From: Octopus bimaculoides
Taxonomy: Eukaryota
Assembly: GCF_001194135.2 (NCBI RefSeq)
Contig: NC_068981.1
Span: 132,096,646 to 132,133,529 of the forward strand
DNA: 36,884 nucleotides
Reading direction: 5' to 3'
Both the position numbers and the translations under genes were made by a program. Below are positions 1-10,209 of the stretch, piece after piece. The number at the start of each line of letters is the position of its first letter. The stretch's first letter is position 1. Under the pieces are notes generated by a model. That model worked only from the letters and a program-made list of their open reading frames with translations, had not been told where the DNA came from and ran no database searches.

Positions 1-360
1 AAGGAAAAACTACGAAAGAGAGAGAGAGGATGGAGGGGTAGACAGAGGCATGGCGGGAGAAAAGATCATCATCATCATATATATATAAAGAGAGAGAGAG
101 AGAGGGGGGACCAGTCAAGCAGCACATCACGCTGTAATTCTTGGGCTGAGAAATCAACACTTAAAAGCCATAATTTTAAGGAGCGATAAGAATTTTTGAA
201 TAAAGGAAAATGGGTAGGGGTGGGTAGGTACCGCCAGCGAGTAGATAGGGCTCTTAATTGTAGATTTTAAATATTTGAGAGACAACAATGCATAAATCGT
301 AATTTTTAAAAGAGCAATGAATTCTGGGTGATTAGAATATAACGTAGCATGAATTTAGGA

Positions 361-462
361 AGGGTTGATAAATTAAGTACCAGTGAAACATTGGGGTTGA
401 TTGTAATTAATGTATCCCCTCCCCCAAAATTTCAGGCCTTGTGCCTATAGTAAAAAGGATTA
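361..462 (+). mobile_element. SINE fragment, family with gataaa(t/a)taagtaccag...ctggggtc core
   Basis: gttgataaattaagtaccagtgaaacattggggttgat...ggccttgtgcc...aaaggatta matches the copies at 24160, 24798 and 36030. Confidence 0.7.
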
Positions 463-1173
463 GGTTTTTTTTTTTAATGATATGTAGAGAAAAAATGATT
501 TTCACAGATTCTAGGATTTGGCTCAAGAAGTGGTAAACAAAGAATGAGTGCCTGATATTTCAGAACCTTTGTCATCATTATTGTTTTAGCATCTGGCTTT
601 TTCCTAAGCCGAACACATGACTACGGTTATATCTTTGACCATTGTACCATATTTAAAATACTTAACACATATCTTGACCAATAAGCATTGTAGTACATAC
701 ATACTCTCACACACACACATATATATATTTCTATATTGACCATTTCATCAGTGGAATATTCAATATTAATAAAGAAATTTCCTGTTAATATTTACAAGTT
801 TATAAATTCTAGATTTTTGGGGCTTTTTTTGTTAAGCGGTAGTAGTAAGACTATAAAATTATTTTCTGAGATGTTTACTTTTCAGCATCTAGCACTCATT
901 TTCAAAGCTTAGTTGTTGATTACAAACAATCCAGTAGTGAACATCATATTTTTTGTGTCTAGCTAGGACTACATTTCCAATGTGCCACTTCAAAGACTGG
1001 TTGGATTTGAGGAAAACTTTCTTTCCCTTACTTCCACATTGAGCAACCATGTGGAGACATTCATTGACTCATCTAGACATAATACATCCCTTCTCTATAT
1101 ATATTAATCATTCATAGTTGTACCAATATAGATTGTTTCTCTGAAGGGGTCTAATGAGAGTGAAACATATCTA

Positions 1174-1300
1174 TTACTTCCCAAATACATGGTCTCAGGT
1201 TCAGTCCCATTGTGTGGCCCCTCGTGGCAAGTGTTTTCTACTGAGCCAACCAAATCCTTGCGAATAGATTTGGTAGATAGAAACTGATGTATGTGTGTGT
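1174..1300 (+). mobile_element. tRNA-head SINE fragment (5'-truncated)
   Basis: ggttcagtcccattgtgtggc...ggcaagtgttttctact...gatttggtagatagaaactga matches the head/core of the copies at 6636, 10210 and 11806. Confidence 0.7.
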
Positions 1301-1718
1301 ATTACTGTCTCCTTGGCTTGACTTTATGTGATAATTTGTAAATGAATGTCACCATCATGCTAGCAGTGTCCTTCATTTCCAGTCTTCCATGAAAACAATG
1401 TTTGGTCAAAGGGAATATTACTTTATGTGGAAATAGGTGAGAGTCAGTGACAGGAAAGGTATCTGGTTGTAGAATATTTGTCTCAAACTCCACCTGAGCC
1501 ATGCAAGAATGAAAAAGTGAATGTTAAAACAATGGTTATGAAATCTAATTGTGCTCATTGCACTATACACACATCAATGTATATTTATTTTTTCATGCTT
1601 GCATGGGTTTTGAATGGGAAGCCTGCTTGTTTTTTCTCTGCTGGCATGGTTTGGACAAATATTATTAGGGCACTTCTACAACTGAGTAGCCCTTCTATTG
1701 CCAACACTTGTTTAGGTT

Positions 1719-1768
<50 letters not shown>
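1719..1768. repeat. (TC)n(TA)n microsatellite abutting gap 1769-1855
   Basis: Directly visible. Confidence 0.95.
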
Positions 1769-1855
1769 NNNNNNNNNNNNNNNNNNNNNNNNNNNNNNNN
1801 NNNNNNNNNNNNNNNNNNNNNNNNNNNNNNNNNNNNNNNNNNNNNNNNNNNNNNN
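1769..1855. other. Assembly gap (N); other gaps at 9912-10144, 20365-20614, 24548-24633, 30417-30426
   Basis: N runs, mostly abutting (TA)n tracts, typical of short-read scaffolds. Confidence 0.99.
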
Positions 1856-1868
1856 ATGTATATATCAA

Positions 1869-1976
1869 CATCATCGTTTAACGTCCGCCTTCCATGCTAG
1901 CATGGGTTGGACATTTAGTCCTCAGTCAAATCGTCCACCCCATGCTAGCATGGAAGGCGGACGTTAAACGATGATG
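1869..1976. repeat. Inverted (fold-back) pair of SINE 3' tails, 44-bp arms
   Basis: 1869-1912 is the reverse complement of 1933-1976 with one mismatch, around a 20-nt spacer. Both arms are the ...ccatgctagcatggaaggcggacgttaaacgatgatg tail. Confidence 0.9.
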
Positions 1977-2122
1977 ATGATGATATATGTATATATATAC
2001 ACACACACCCGTTCAAATTTATATATCATATTTATTTTATTATTTATTTCTATTAACAGGATGTCAGGCCAAATGAACCAAAGGAACAATGCCGGAGGTC
2101 TGAATTCGATAGTTTAATTCCC

Positions 2123-2446
2123 ATGATTGACATGCAATCGGAATGTCATGGAAGCAAGTTGATGAAAGGATATCAGAAGTTACGAGATGATGAGCATTTA
2201 TTTGACTATACAATATATGTTGAAAATGAGAGCATATCTGTTCATAAAACTTTGTTGGCTGCAAGCAGTGACTATTTTCATGCCATGTTGACAGGAAGTA
2301 TGAAGGAAAGCCGTGAGGACTCTGTAACATTGCGTGGTCTTACAGCTATAGGAGTTCAAGCCATCATCAACTTTGCTTACACTGGCTTGTTAGAAATAAC
2401 AAGCGATAATATAGATGACATTCTCTTAGCTGCTAGCCATCTTCAG
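2123..2446 (+). CDS. Kelch-like (KLHL-family) protein, BTB/POZ-domain exon (exon 2060-2446; coding from ATG 2123 or from an unseen upstream exon)
   Basis: Translation has BTB hallmarks: LFDYTIYVENESISVHKTLLAASSDYFHAMLTGSMKES...IINFAYTG...ILLAASHLQ. Acceptor ...tttctattaacAG at 2058-2059 and donor CAG|GTAAAG at 2447. The frame is open from 2060 (DVRPNEPKEQCRRSEFDSLIP-M). The ORF-track extension 2447-2521 is intron read-through. Confidence 0.93.
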
Positions 2447-3670
2447 GTAAAGCTTATTTTAAAAAAATTTATTTTCTTTCAGTCATTTATTGTTTTTATC
2501 ATCATTGAGAGCAACAGGTAGTTAAATTGCTAGTACTTCAGACTTCTAATTGAAAGGATTACAATTCATCGACTGTTCTCACTGCTGAGTAAGATCCATG
2601 GCAAAAATAATTTAGTTTAAAAGGATCTAGGGACCTATTTTAATTTAGATAAGTATCATGAATTGAGTAAAACTCACTATTGTAAAAAGCAAGGGCATTG
2701 TGTAATTGATGATTGTTTCACTAATCTTGCAATGCTAAGTAAATTCTTACTATCTATAAAGCTTGAAAAGATGGGCTCCATTACATTGATTTGCCCTTGG
2801 TATGGACACTACATAAAACAATGTCTTAAAGGTGTTATGAGACTCAGCATGTGTGTGTGTGTGTGTGTGTATGTACATGTAGCATGGTAGAGAGGTAAAA
2901 TCTCAGCAAGCTATCAACTAATTTTGATTCCTACTTGTAACCATTTCACTTCATGTCACAACTACCCTTAGGGAAGGCATATATCTGATACATGTATATG
3001 TCGGAATTCCTACATATATATCATATGACTGAATCTAAGAATCTAAGGAGACTTGTGGTGGTCTGCATAGGCAATACTTGTATTATTTGGAAAAAGCAAC
3101 AGAAAGAGTAGTGTAAATACCACGGGGAGTGGATTATCTAGTGTTTTAGAGTCCTTCAGAGTAAAGATGAAAGGAAATAAAAGAAAGACAGCAGTTCTAG
3201 CTCTTCAAAGATTATAAGTAAGATTGCCAGGGTCTGTCTGTCAAGATAACCAAAAGGGATTTTCTTCTTATAACCATTACAGATTTTATTAAAAGATTCT
3301 ATAATTTCAGTAGAGGCTGCATATCTTTTTACTATTTAATTAGTGATTCAAAAAGAGAAAGCTGTTCCCATGAACTTTGCAGGTCAGATTACTGAAACTG
3401 ATGTAGACGATGTTGTCTGAACTTCTTGGGAGCAAAGTTGCTGGAAAAAAAAAATGTTGTAAAAATATTCCAGGGATAATAGTTCAGAGAAGAAAGGCTT
3501 GGAAAATTAGATTTAGTGCTGTATTCAAGGAGTGGGATCTAAGACACAGTAAGAAGTGCTTTATGTGGACTTTTGTGGAATGGGTACACAGCATACAAGT
3601 TCAGAAAAGCAGACATTATTATTGGCATAGTAGGAAAGGCTGAAGAAAGCAACATATCAGTTATTGACAC

Positions 3671-4169
3671 CACAATTATGTAACAAAATTTTTATTTATT
3701 ATTTTTTTTCTGTTTTTGCTCAGTAAGTGTTATTTCCTATTTGCTTCCATCTAGAAATAAAAGGAAATGACTACTATTCCCTTCAAACTTTGCTTTTGTG
3801 ACCTGGAAATTGATGTTTTGAAACTGACATATTTTCCATTACATTTCAGACAGATTTAGCACTGAATTGCTGAAGCAGAAATATCATTATAACAAATATT
3901 CTGCTCAACACCACAGACTTGCTTGTCAGTTGTTTGACCATAACCACTTGAGCATGTCCCTTAGTGGCTGACAATATGTACATTTCTGATCACGAACAGG
4001 AGTAGCAGAGGAGCATCATAGCCATGTGTTGAGAGGGGTTCTTTGGGGTTTTAATGAATGTCACAAAAGAAACTTTGAAGGAAACATTAGCCATTTTTCA
4101 TATTTAATAGGGGTAAGCAAATAGGAAATAACAGTTGCCACCCAAGGACAAAAATTATGTTACACAGTG
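3671..4169. mobile_element. MITE-like non-autonomous DNA element with imperfect TIRs ending ...CACAGTG (copy 1)
   Basis: Colinear with 12179-12607. The motifs tgtaac..aattttt and gttatttcctatttgctt near the left end recur inverted at the right end (aagcaaataggaaataac...aaaaattatgttacacagtg). No TSD resolved; left boundary approximate. Confidence 0.7.
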
Positions 4170-5246
4170 TTGTGAATCACTTTCTTTTGGATGTAGTCTA
4201 GGATGTTTGCAGCATTGTCCCAGATATGTGAGCAACACTTCGCTGTCTTACTCAAACAACTGATCAGAGATGGAGTAGTTTTGGGCTCCAAAGAGAAAGC
4301 TTATTTTTGTGATGCAATTTTGACTGCATATAATCTTTGAAAGCAATAAATCAGCTTTTTATATGATCACCTCATTTATTGCACACACACACACACATGC
4401 ACTACAATCATCACCTCTAGGTGGTATTTTAACTTTGGAAAAAGTGTGTCCTGTAAGTTGTAGTCAACAGAAGAAGACAAAGATGTATTTTCAGCTTACT
4501 GATCAAACAAAGCAAACTATAATACAATGTCTATTTACCTGTATGCCAATATTAAAATGTAAAACATTATAATATAGTTTGATGATGAGTACTATACTCC
4601 TTTAGATGGTAGAGACACCAATGGAAACTCCATATTCATGTAGTGTATGTAGGGTCAATAGTTTGCCAGGGCTCATCCCATCACGATCTGTGGCCAAGAA
4701 AGGAGCAGAAATTCAGCATTAAGGAAACAAAACGAATGGTTTTTACAGCACTGCCATTACTTACAAGAACTTGTTCCTAGCATATTATGAAACTGTTCTG
4801 AGTCATTATAGATTTAAGTGTTTCAACCTTACAGTGCAGTTCCAGTAACAGGTGTGATTTGCTGGCCTCTTTTGCAATGTCTTGAAATCCTAGCTAGGGA
4901 ACATTAATTCTATGAGCTCTACAATTTAACCCTTGTTAACCTGTTTAGTAGAAATATCTATTTTTGATTTCATCATTACAGTTGGTGCATAGTAGCATTG
5001 TTGCTTAAGGTTTCCAATGGTTCAGCCACTTGTTCAGTGTATTTTGGAAAGAAGTGACAAAGGAGTATCTTAACTAGATTAAGAGTAAATATTTCAAGAA
5101 ATCGTGTTAGTAAAGCAAGTTAAATTTTCACACTAGTGTTTACATCCTTTGCCAAGATATTGGAGAAAGATACATATGTACTCCAAACAGGTTTCTGCAC
5201 AGTTTCTGTTTACAAAATTCTACTCGTAAAGTATAAGTAGTGTGGT

Positions 5247-5341
5247 TGTAGACACTTGTTCTAAGTGCTGTGTTGTGGAATTGAACCCAGAACTACATGG
5301 TTGTGAAGTGAACTTCTTACCCATAGTGAATACCTGCATCC
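5247..5341 (-). mobile_element. tRNA-head SINE 5' fragment
   Basis: The reverse complement reads gcaggtattcactatgggtaagaagttcacttcacaaccatgtagttctgggttcaattcc, a box A/box B-like head as in the other copies. Confidence 0.7.
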
Positions 5342-5453
5342 ATAACAACTCATTTGGGTGGAATCCTCAGTGTTACAGATATTTAGACAAGTTGATAAGG
5401 ATAACTTTCTCCTTCCTCCTTCTAGTGCTGGAAGCTCTGAAAAGAGTCAAAGG

Positions 5454-5880
5454 CAGGTCCTTCCTACGCTGACTAAAATTTTAAAACAAAAGGTGCTGTG
5501 TTCTTATAACATAACTCATGCAAGTAAATGCTTACTGACAAAATGATCAAGCAGGCTTTCATAAAGCTAGATCTAGCAGAGACTTCCTCTCCTATATCAC
5601 TTACTAGTGATCCCTCACCATTGTCTTACCTCAGGAAAACAATGTTGTAATTAACATTAATAAAACTTTCAGCAACATTAATAAAGCCTTCAGCCATGTC
5701 TAACAAGAATCTTCTAGATAAGGTACCTGTCTGTAGTCTTCATCTGTCTCATTCCTTGGACTGGAATTTCCCTGTCAGACTGCATCATAGCCACATCATC
5801 AACATAGCTCTTTCTCTAACCATATTCTATCAACACTGATACAGCCCAAGTCTACCTAATGTCTCCAATTCTTTGTTGGG
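5454..5880 (+). pseudogene. Fossil non-LTR retrotransposon reverse transcriptase (CR1/L2/Jockey-like)
   Basis: Across frameshifts the RT motifs appear in the expected order: LPTLTKIL; NDQAGFHKARSSRDFL (Q.GFR..RST.D); VINI(NKTFSNI)NKAFSHV (D..KAFD.V); NLLDKV; LIPW...SLSD; INTDTAQVYLMSPIL (G.PQGS.LSP.LF). Confidence 0.65.
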
Positions 5881-5901
5881 TCTCACAGAGACAATGACAG
5901 T

Positions 5902-6415
5902 GAGATCACAGCTGTAGCCTACACCAGTGTCGCATAACCAGTCCATTTAAAAAGTACTGTTGAATCGTCGGGCGACATGCCATGCTTGAGGAGACCTATT
6001 GAGTCAAGTAAATCAAAATCAAATCAAATCACAATCAAATTTATGCGTGGGTTGCTGCCAGAGTCACCTGAGAGGCTCCCTGTGCTGGTGGCATGTAAAA
6101 AGCACCATCCGAATGTGGTTCATGCCAGCCCCCCTGCCCCGACTGGCTCCTGTGCCAGTGGCATGTAAAAAGCACAATCTGAACGTGGCCGATGCTAGTG
6201 CCGCCTGACTGGCTCCCATGCTGGTGGCACGTAAAAAGCACCCACTACACTCTTGGAGTGCTTGGCATTAGGAAGGAAACCCAGCTGTAGAAGCATTGCC
6301 AGATTAGATTGGAACCTGGTGCGGCCTCCTGGCTTGCCAGTCCCCAGTCAAACCGTCCAACCCATGCCAGCATGGAAAACGGACGTTAAACGATGATGAT
6401 GATGATGTTGATGAT
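5902..6415 (+). mobile_element. SINE with three internal 66-70-bp tandem units and (GAT)n tail
   Basis: gtggca(t/c)gtaaaaagcac recurs at 6088, 6158 and 6224. The 3' part cccactacactc...ggaagg...ccagctgtagaa...gtccaacccatgccagcatggaaaacggacgttaaacgatgatg matches 31225-31637. 5' boundary approximate. Confidence 0.85.
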
Positions 6416-6635
6416 TAATGGCCATCTTACTGTCACATTTTTAATACACACATTCACCATCCACAGAGTTCAAACATAAAACTGAATCCATGAACAGAGA
6501 TGGTTCTGAGCATCCTTCAGTGGGGACAGTACAACTATGTTGCTTTGGACAGTACAAAAGCTAAGTCCTTATAGTCTTGTATCTCACCCTCACTAGTTAT
6601 AACAAAAAAAAAAAAAAAAAAAAAAAAGAACCTCT

Positions 6636-6960
6636 GAGCAGGCACAGCTGTGTGGTAAGAAGTTTGCTTTCCAGCCACTTGGTTCTAATTTCAGACCTAC
6701 AGCACAGCACCTTGGGCAAGTGTCTTCTATAGTCCCAGGCGAACTGAAACCTTGATAGGCAGAAACATCAGGTAATAGTTGTAAATGAGTGTCAGTTTCC
6801 AATCTTCCATGGAAATAGGTTATAGGGAAATATTACCTTACTTGGAAATGGGTGAGGGTTGGCAACAGGAAGAACATCTAGCCTTAAAAAATCTGCCTCA
6901 ACAAATTCCGTTTGACCCATGTGAGCATGGAAAAGTGGACATTAAAATGATGCTGATGAC
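6636..6960 (+). mobile_element. Near-full-length tRNA-head SINE with gat-type tail
   Basis: Head gcaggcacagctgtgtggtaagaagtttgc; body aatattaccttacttggaaatgggtgagggttggcaacaggaag; tail gcatggaaaagtggacattaaaatgatg. Confidence 0.85.
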
Positions 6961-7139
6961 AAAGATGAAAGATGCTACAAATGCAAGACCTTTGTGTCTC
7001 TGATAATCTTTTATATGGTCCCAAAATATGAAACACTGACGAAGTGCATCACAAAAACTCCTTAAAGATAGGAAATGCCTGAACCACCCTTAAATATTAC
7101 TATCACAATAAGGATGGGAATGCTGTTACATTCCTCATC

Positions 7140-7275
7140 AATTGTGTCTGTGATTGTGTGTTGAACAAGTTCACTTCACAACCACAGGCTTCTGGACTTG
7201 ATCCCAATGCACTGCACCTTCAACAATTGCCTTCTACAATAACTTCAGGTTGATCAATAGGTTGGGTATAGAATT
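7140..7275 (+). mobile_element. Degenerate tRNA-head SINE fragment
   Basis: tgtgtg..gaacaagttcacttcacaaccac...gatcccaatgcactgcacctt resembles the family head. Confidence 0.55.
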
Positions 7276-7357
7276 TAGTAGAGAGGATCAGTTTCGAAGC
7301 ATGCTTTATATCTCTCTCTCCTCCTTTCTCATACATGTGTGTGTGTGTGTGTGATAT

Positions 7358-7510
7358 AATGTCTGTTATCCATGCTGGCATGAGTTGGACAGTTTGACAG
7401 GATCCAGTGTCAGAGGGCTGGGTCTGTGATTTCTACAGTTAGATCCCTTTCCTAACACCAGCTACTTTATAGAGTGTACTGAGTGCTTTTATGTAGCACC
7501 AGCACTAGTG
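7358..7510 (-). mobile_element. SINE 3' fragment (same family as 5902-6415), antisense
   Basis: ccatgctggcatgagttggacagtttgac...tttctacagttagatcccttcctaacacc...gagtgtactgagtgcttttatgtagcacc is the reverse complement of the family 3' end. Confidence 0.75.
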
Positions 7511-7679
7511 AGGTTATGTTGCAGTTTACAAGACTGAAGGACCTAGAGGGTCTTTTATAACTGAAAAGAAAATAAGAGAGAGATGATTTTAAGTTAGGTT
7601 ATGAAAGGAGGTAAATATGATGAGAACAATAGATTTATAGTTGTAAGTGGGTAGTAGTGGAGAGTGTAACAGAGTAGAC

Positions 7680-8769
7680 CAGTGGTTCTCAACCGATTTT
7701 TGGCCATGCCCCATCGAATCATTTCTAAAATCGTGATGCCCCCATGTGATATCTAATTTTTGTTATTCAAAATTTGGTTAATGTTTACAATATTACTCGG
7801 AGACAAAATAAAAAAAAAATAGTGCAACGGATATAAAAAAAAAAAAACGTGTAGGAAACGAAAGCAATGACTTCCGAAAATTCACGAGATCCGAGTTTTT
7901 CCCTCACAACTTTTAGGAAAGTGTTTTTTTTTTAATGAAATTTTATATAAATACCTTTCAACCAGCATAAATTACGATTATAAAGAAATTTGTGGGAAAA
8001 TTTTTTCTGAGGCATGGGGAGAGGACTTTGGAAAATTTACAAGATCCGAGTTTTTCGCCCATAACTTGGTGACAGTTTATCGTGGATAGCGGGGATATAT
8101 CCAAATTTTAAATATTCCTCTGTATATTGACAAACTTTTTTTTCACTTGCACTACTCATTTTATGTATTTTTGAATTGGCATAACTACAGATTTCTGCAC
8201 CCCCGACTTTGGGTGATTATAACTTTCAGAAAAATGGATATTTTTTTAATGAAATTGCTTATGAATATGTATTATATCATGTCGATTCCGAATATACAAA
8301 ACCTTTTTTGGAGAAAGTGTTTTAGGAGGGGTTGCAGTGGGAAATTTCGGAAAATTCACTGGAGTCCACTTCAATTCGTTTTAACTTTCAAGAAAATGGA
8401 TATTTTTTTATGAAATTCTCTACAAATATACGCGTGCACACGCAAACACAAACACTCATACGCATTTGTAATTACCTCCATGTTTTCACATACCACTAAA
8501 TCGAAGGAAATAATCTATTCCCTCCTTAGTGACATCAGATCTTATGAATATGATGAAAACAACCTATTGTCTCTAAAGTGTCCAAAATTTGCAGAAGGGA
8601 TGTGAGGAAATTTTTTTTTAATAACTCATTCTTGAATTGCCCCCTTTCTCTATTGGTATACTAAACATTGTGTACAAAAGGTATAAAGTCAACATTACCC
8701 TATGCATACCTCACCAAAATATTACCATGCCCCAGCAGTGGTGCATGCGCCCCACTTTGGGAATCATGG
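7680..8769. mobile_element. Non-autonomous hAT (Charlie-like) element, 1090 bp, with internal ~160-bp subrepeats
   Basis: 5' TIR CAGTGGTTCTCAA; the 3' TIR TTGGGAATCATGG matches 9/13. Exact 8-bp TSD GAGTAGAC at 7672-7679 and 8770-8777. An 8-bp TSD with CAG..-type termini is diagnostic of hAT. Confidence 0.85.
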
Positions 8770-9486
8770 GAGTAGACGTTGGGGGATGGGGTATGAACAG
8801 GGAACAAATTTATGTTAGTGAGAAAGAGATTGACAGTTGTAATGGTAATGTGGTGGATTGTGTAGGATGGTCCAGGGATATTCCACATTATAAGGGCAAG
8901 TATGAGTGGAGGGTGTAAGAGGAAGGGAACATGAAAGAGCAAAAAAAAACGTAAATGAAAGTTGTAAGGATCAAAGAAACATTAAAGGAAAGAGATGTGA
9001 GGAAGTCATGGGAGGTAGGCCAGAGAGGGAGAAGTGAGAGGGTGTTGAAGTTGGCAAAGAAACGGTGAGGAAATGGCTGAAAGAAAAGAGATAGGCAGTG
9101 AATAAGTGAGAATCATTAGTGGTGAGATGAGAGAAATAAATAGCACCATGACTGAAATGTGTGGGGAGATGGATAGAGGGGAGAGGAAGAGTATGATAGA
9201 GTGATGAGGACGAACCAATAATCTTTCACACATATACAAGGCCTAGTGAAAGGTAGGGAATGGATCTCTCTCTCTTTCTATCAAAACAAAAATGGATTAG
9301 TAATCCAGGTGGAATACTTTATAAGCTCTCTGTGGATTGTTCTTTGTGTTCAGTCGATTGACCACAGATTGATCAATTAATATGACTGAACTATAGAACT
9401 AAATCCCAATACTTGTCTGAAACATTTATAAGTCTTCACTAAATGTATAAAATCCATTATCTGTATGTATTTTCTATATCATTGTC

Positions 9487-9902
9487 TTAACCTCCACTTT
9501 TCCATACTTGCAAGGGTCAGGCAGAATTCATTAAGGCAAATTTCCCCACCAGTCAGAAGCCTTTCCTGTCACCAACCCTCACCTGTTTCCAAGTAAGGCA
9601 ATATTTCCCCATGGATGGACACGTTTTCATGGAAGATTGGAAAGGAGGGACACTACTTCTGTGACAGTGACAGGGACATTTGTTTACAACTCTTGCAGGA
9701 TGTCAAGAAAAACACACCCTTACACACACACATGCACACACAAAATGGTCTTCTTTCAGTTTCAGCTTACCAAATCCATTCACTAGACTGGTCAGCCTAG
9801 GGCTATACTAGAAGACAGTTGTCCAAGATGTCACACAGTGGAAATGAACCCAAAACCACGTGGTTGGGATGTGAATTTAACTACACAGCTATGCCTGTGC
9901 CT
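9487..9902 (-). mobile_element. Full-length tRNA-head SINE with internal (CA)n, antisense
   Basis: Reverse complement of head (cacagctatgcctgtgc), core (ctttcagtttc..taccaaatccattcac) and tail (ccacttttccat...cctgtcaccaaccctcacctgtttccaagtaagg). Confidence 0.85.
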
Positions 9903-10209
9903 ATATATATANNNNNNNNNNNNNNNNNNNNNNNNNNNNNNNNNNNNNNNNNNNNNNNNNNNNNNNNNNNNNNNNNNNNNNNNNNNNNNNNNNNNNNNNN
10001 NNNNNNNNNNNNNNNNNNNNNNNNNNNNNNNNNNNNNNNNNNNNNNNNNNNNNNNNNNNNNNNNNNNNNNNNNNNNNNNNNNNNNNNNNNNNNNNNNNNN
10101 NNNNNNNNNNNNNNNNNNNNNNNNNNNNNNNNNNNNNNNNNNNNATATATATATATATATATATAGATGTAAGTGTGTGTATACATATAATGTATATACA
10201 TATAAAATC

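Noticed and set aside
728-751. Minus-strand CTGATGA...GAAA spacing like a third hammerhead
   Set aside because: No stem II can form (aatggtcaatata) and no stem I partner follows; the downstream sequence is a (TA)/(TG) microsatellite.
2930-3660. Purine-rich stretch with a 77-aa ORF, possibly an old LINE C-terminus
   Set aside because: I could not recover convincing motifs in any frame. BLASTX against TE proteins would be needed.
4150-4169. CACAGTG heptamer plus ACAAAAA resembling a V(D)J recombination signal (also 12588-12607)
   Set aside because: The nonamer-like string precedes the heptamer on the same strand with the wrong spacing, the reverse of RSS order. It is simply a MITE terminus.
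6070-6242. Regularly spaced direct repeats suggesting a CRISPR array (also 31263-31470)
   Set aside because: The intervening sequences are homologous to each other rather than unique spacers, they sit inside a SINE, and there are no cas genes. The context is eukaryotic.
6604-6627. A24 tract as the tail of a processed retrocopy
   Set aside because: No upstream ORF, polyadenylation signal or TSD is identifiable.
6636-6720. tRNA gene candidates at SINE heads (also 5247, 9830, 10210, 11806, 21380, 23960)
   Set aside because: Box A/B-like motifs only, with no complete cloverleaf; each continues into SINE body sequence.
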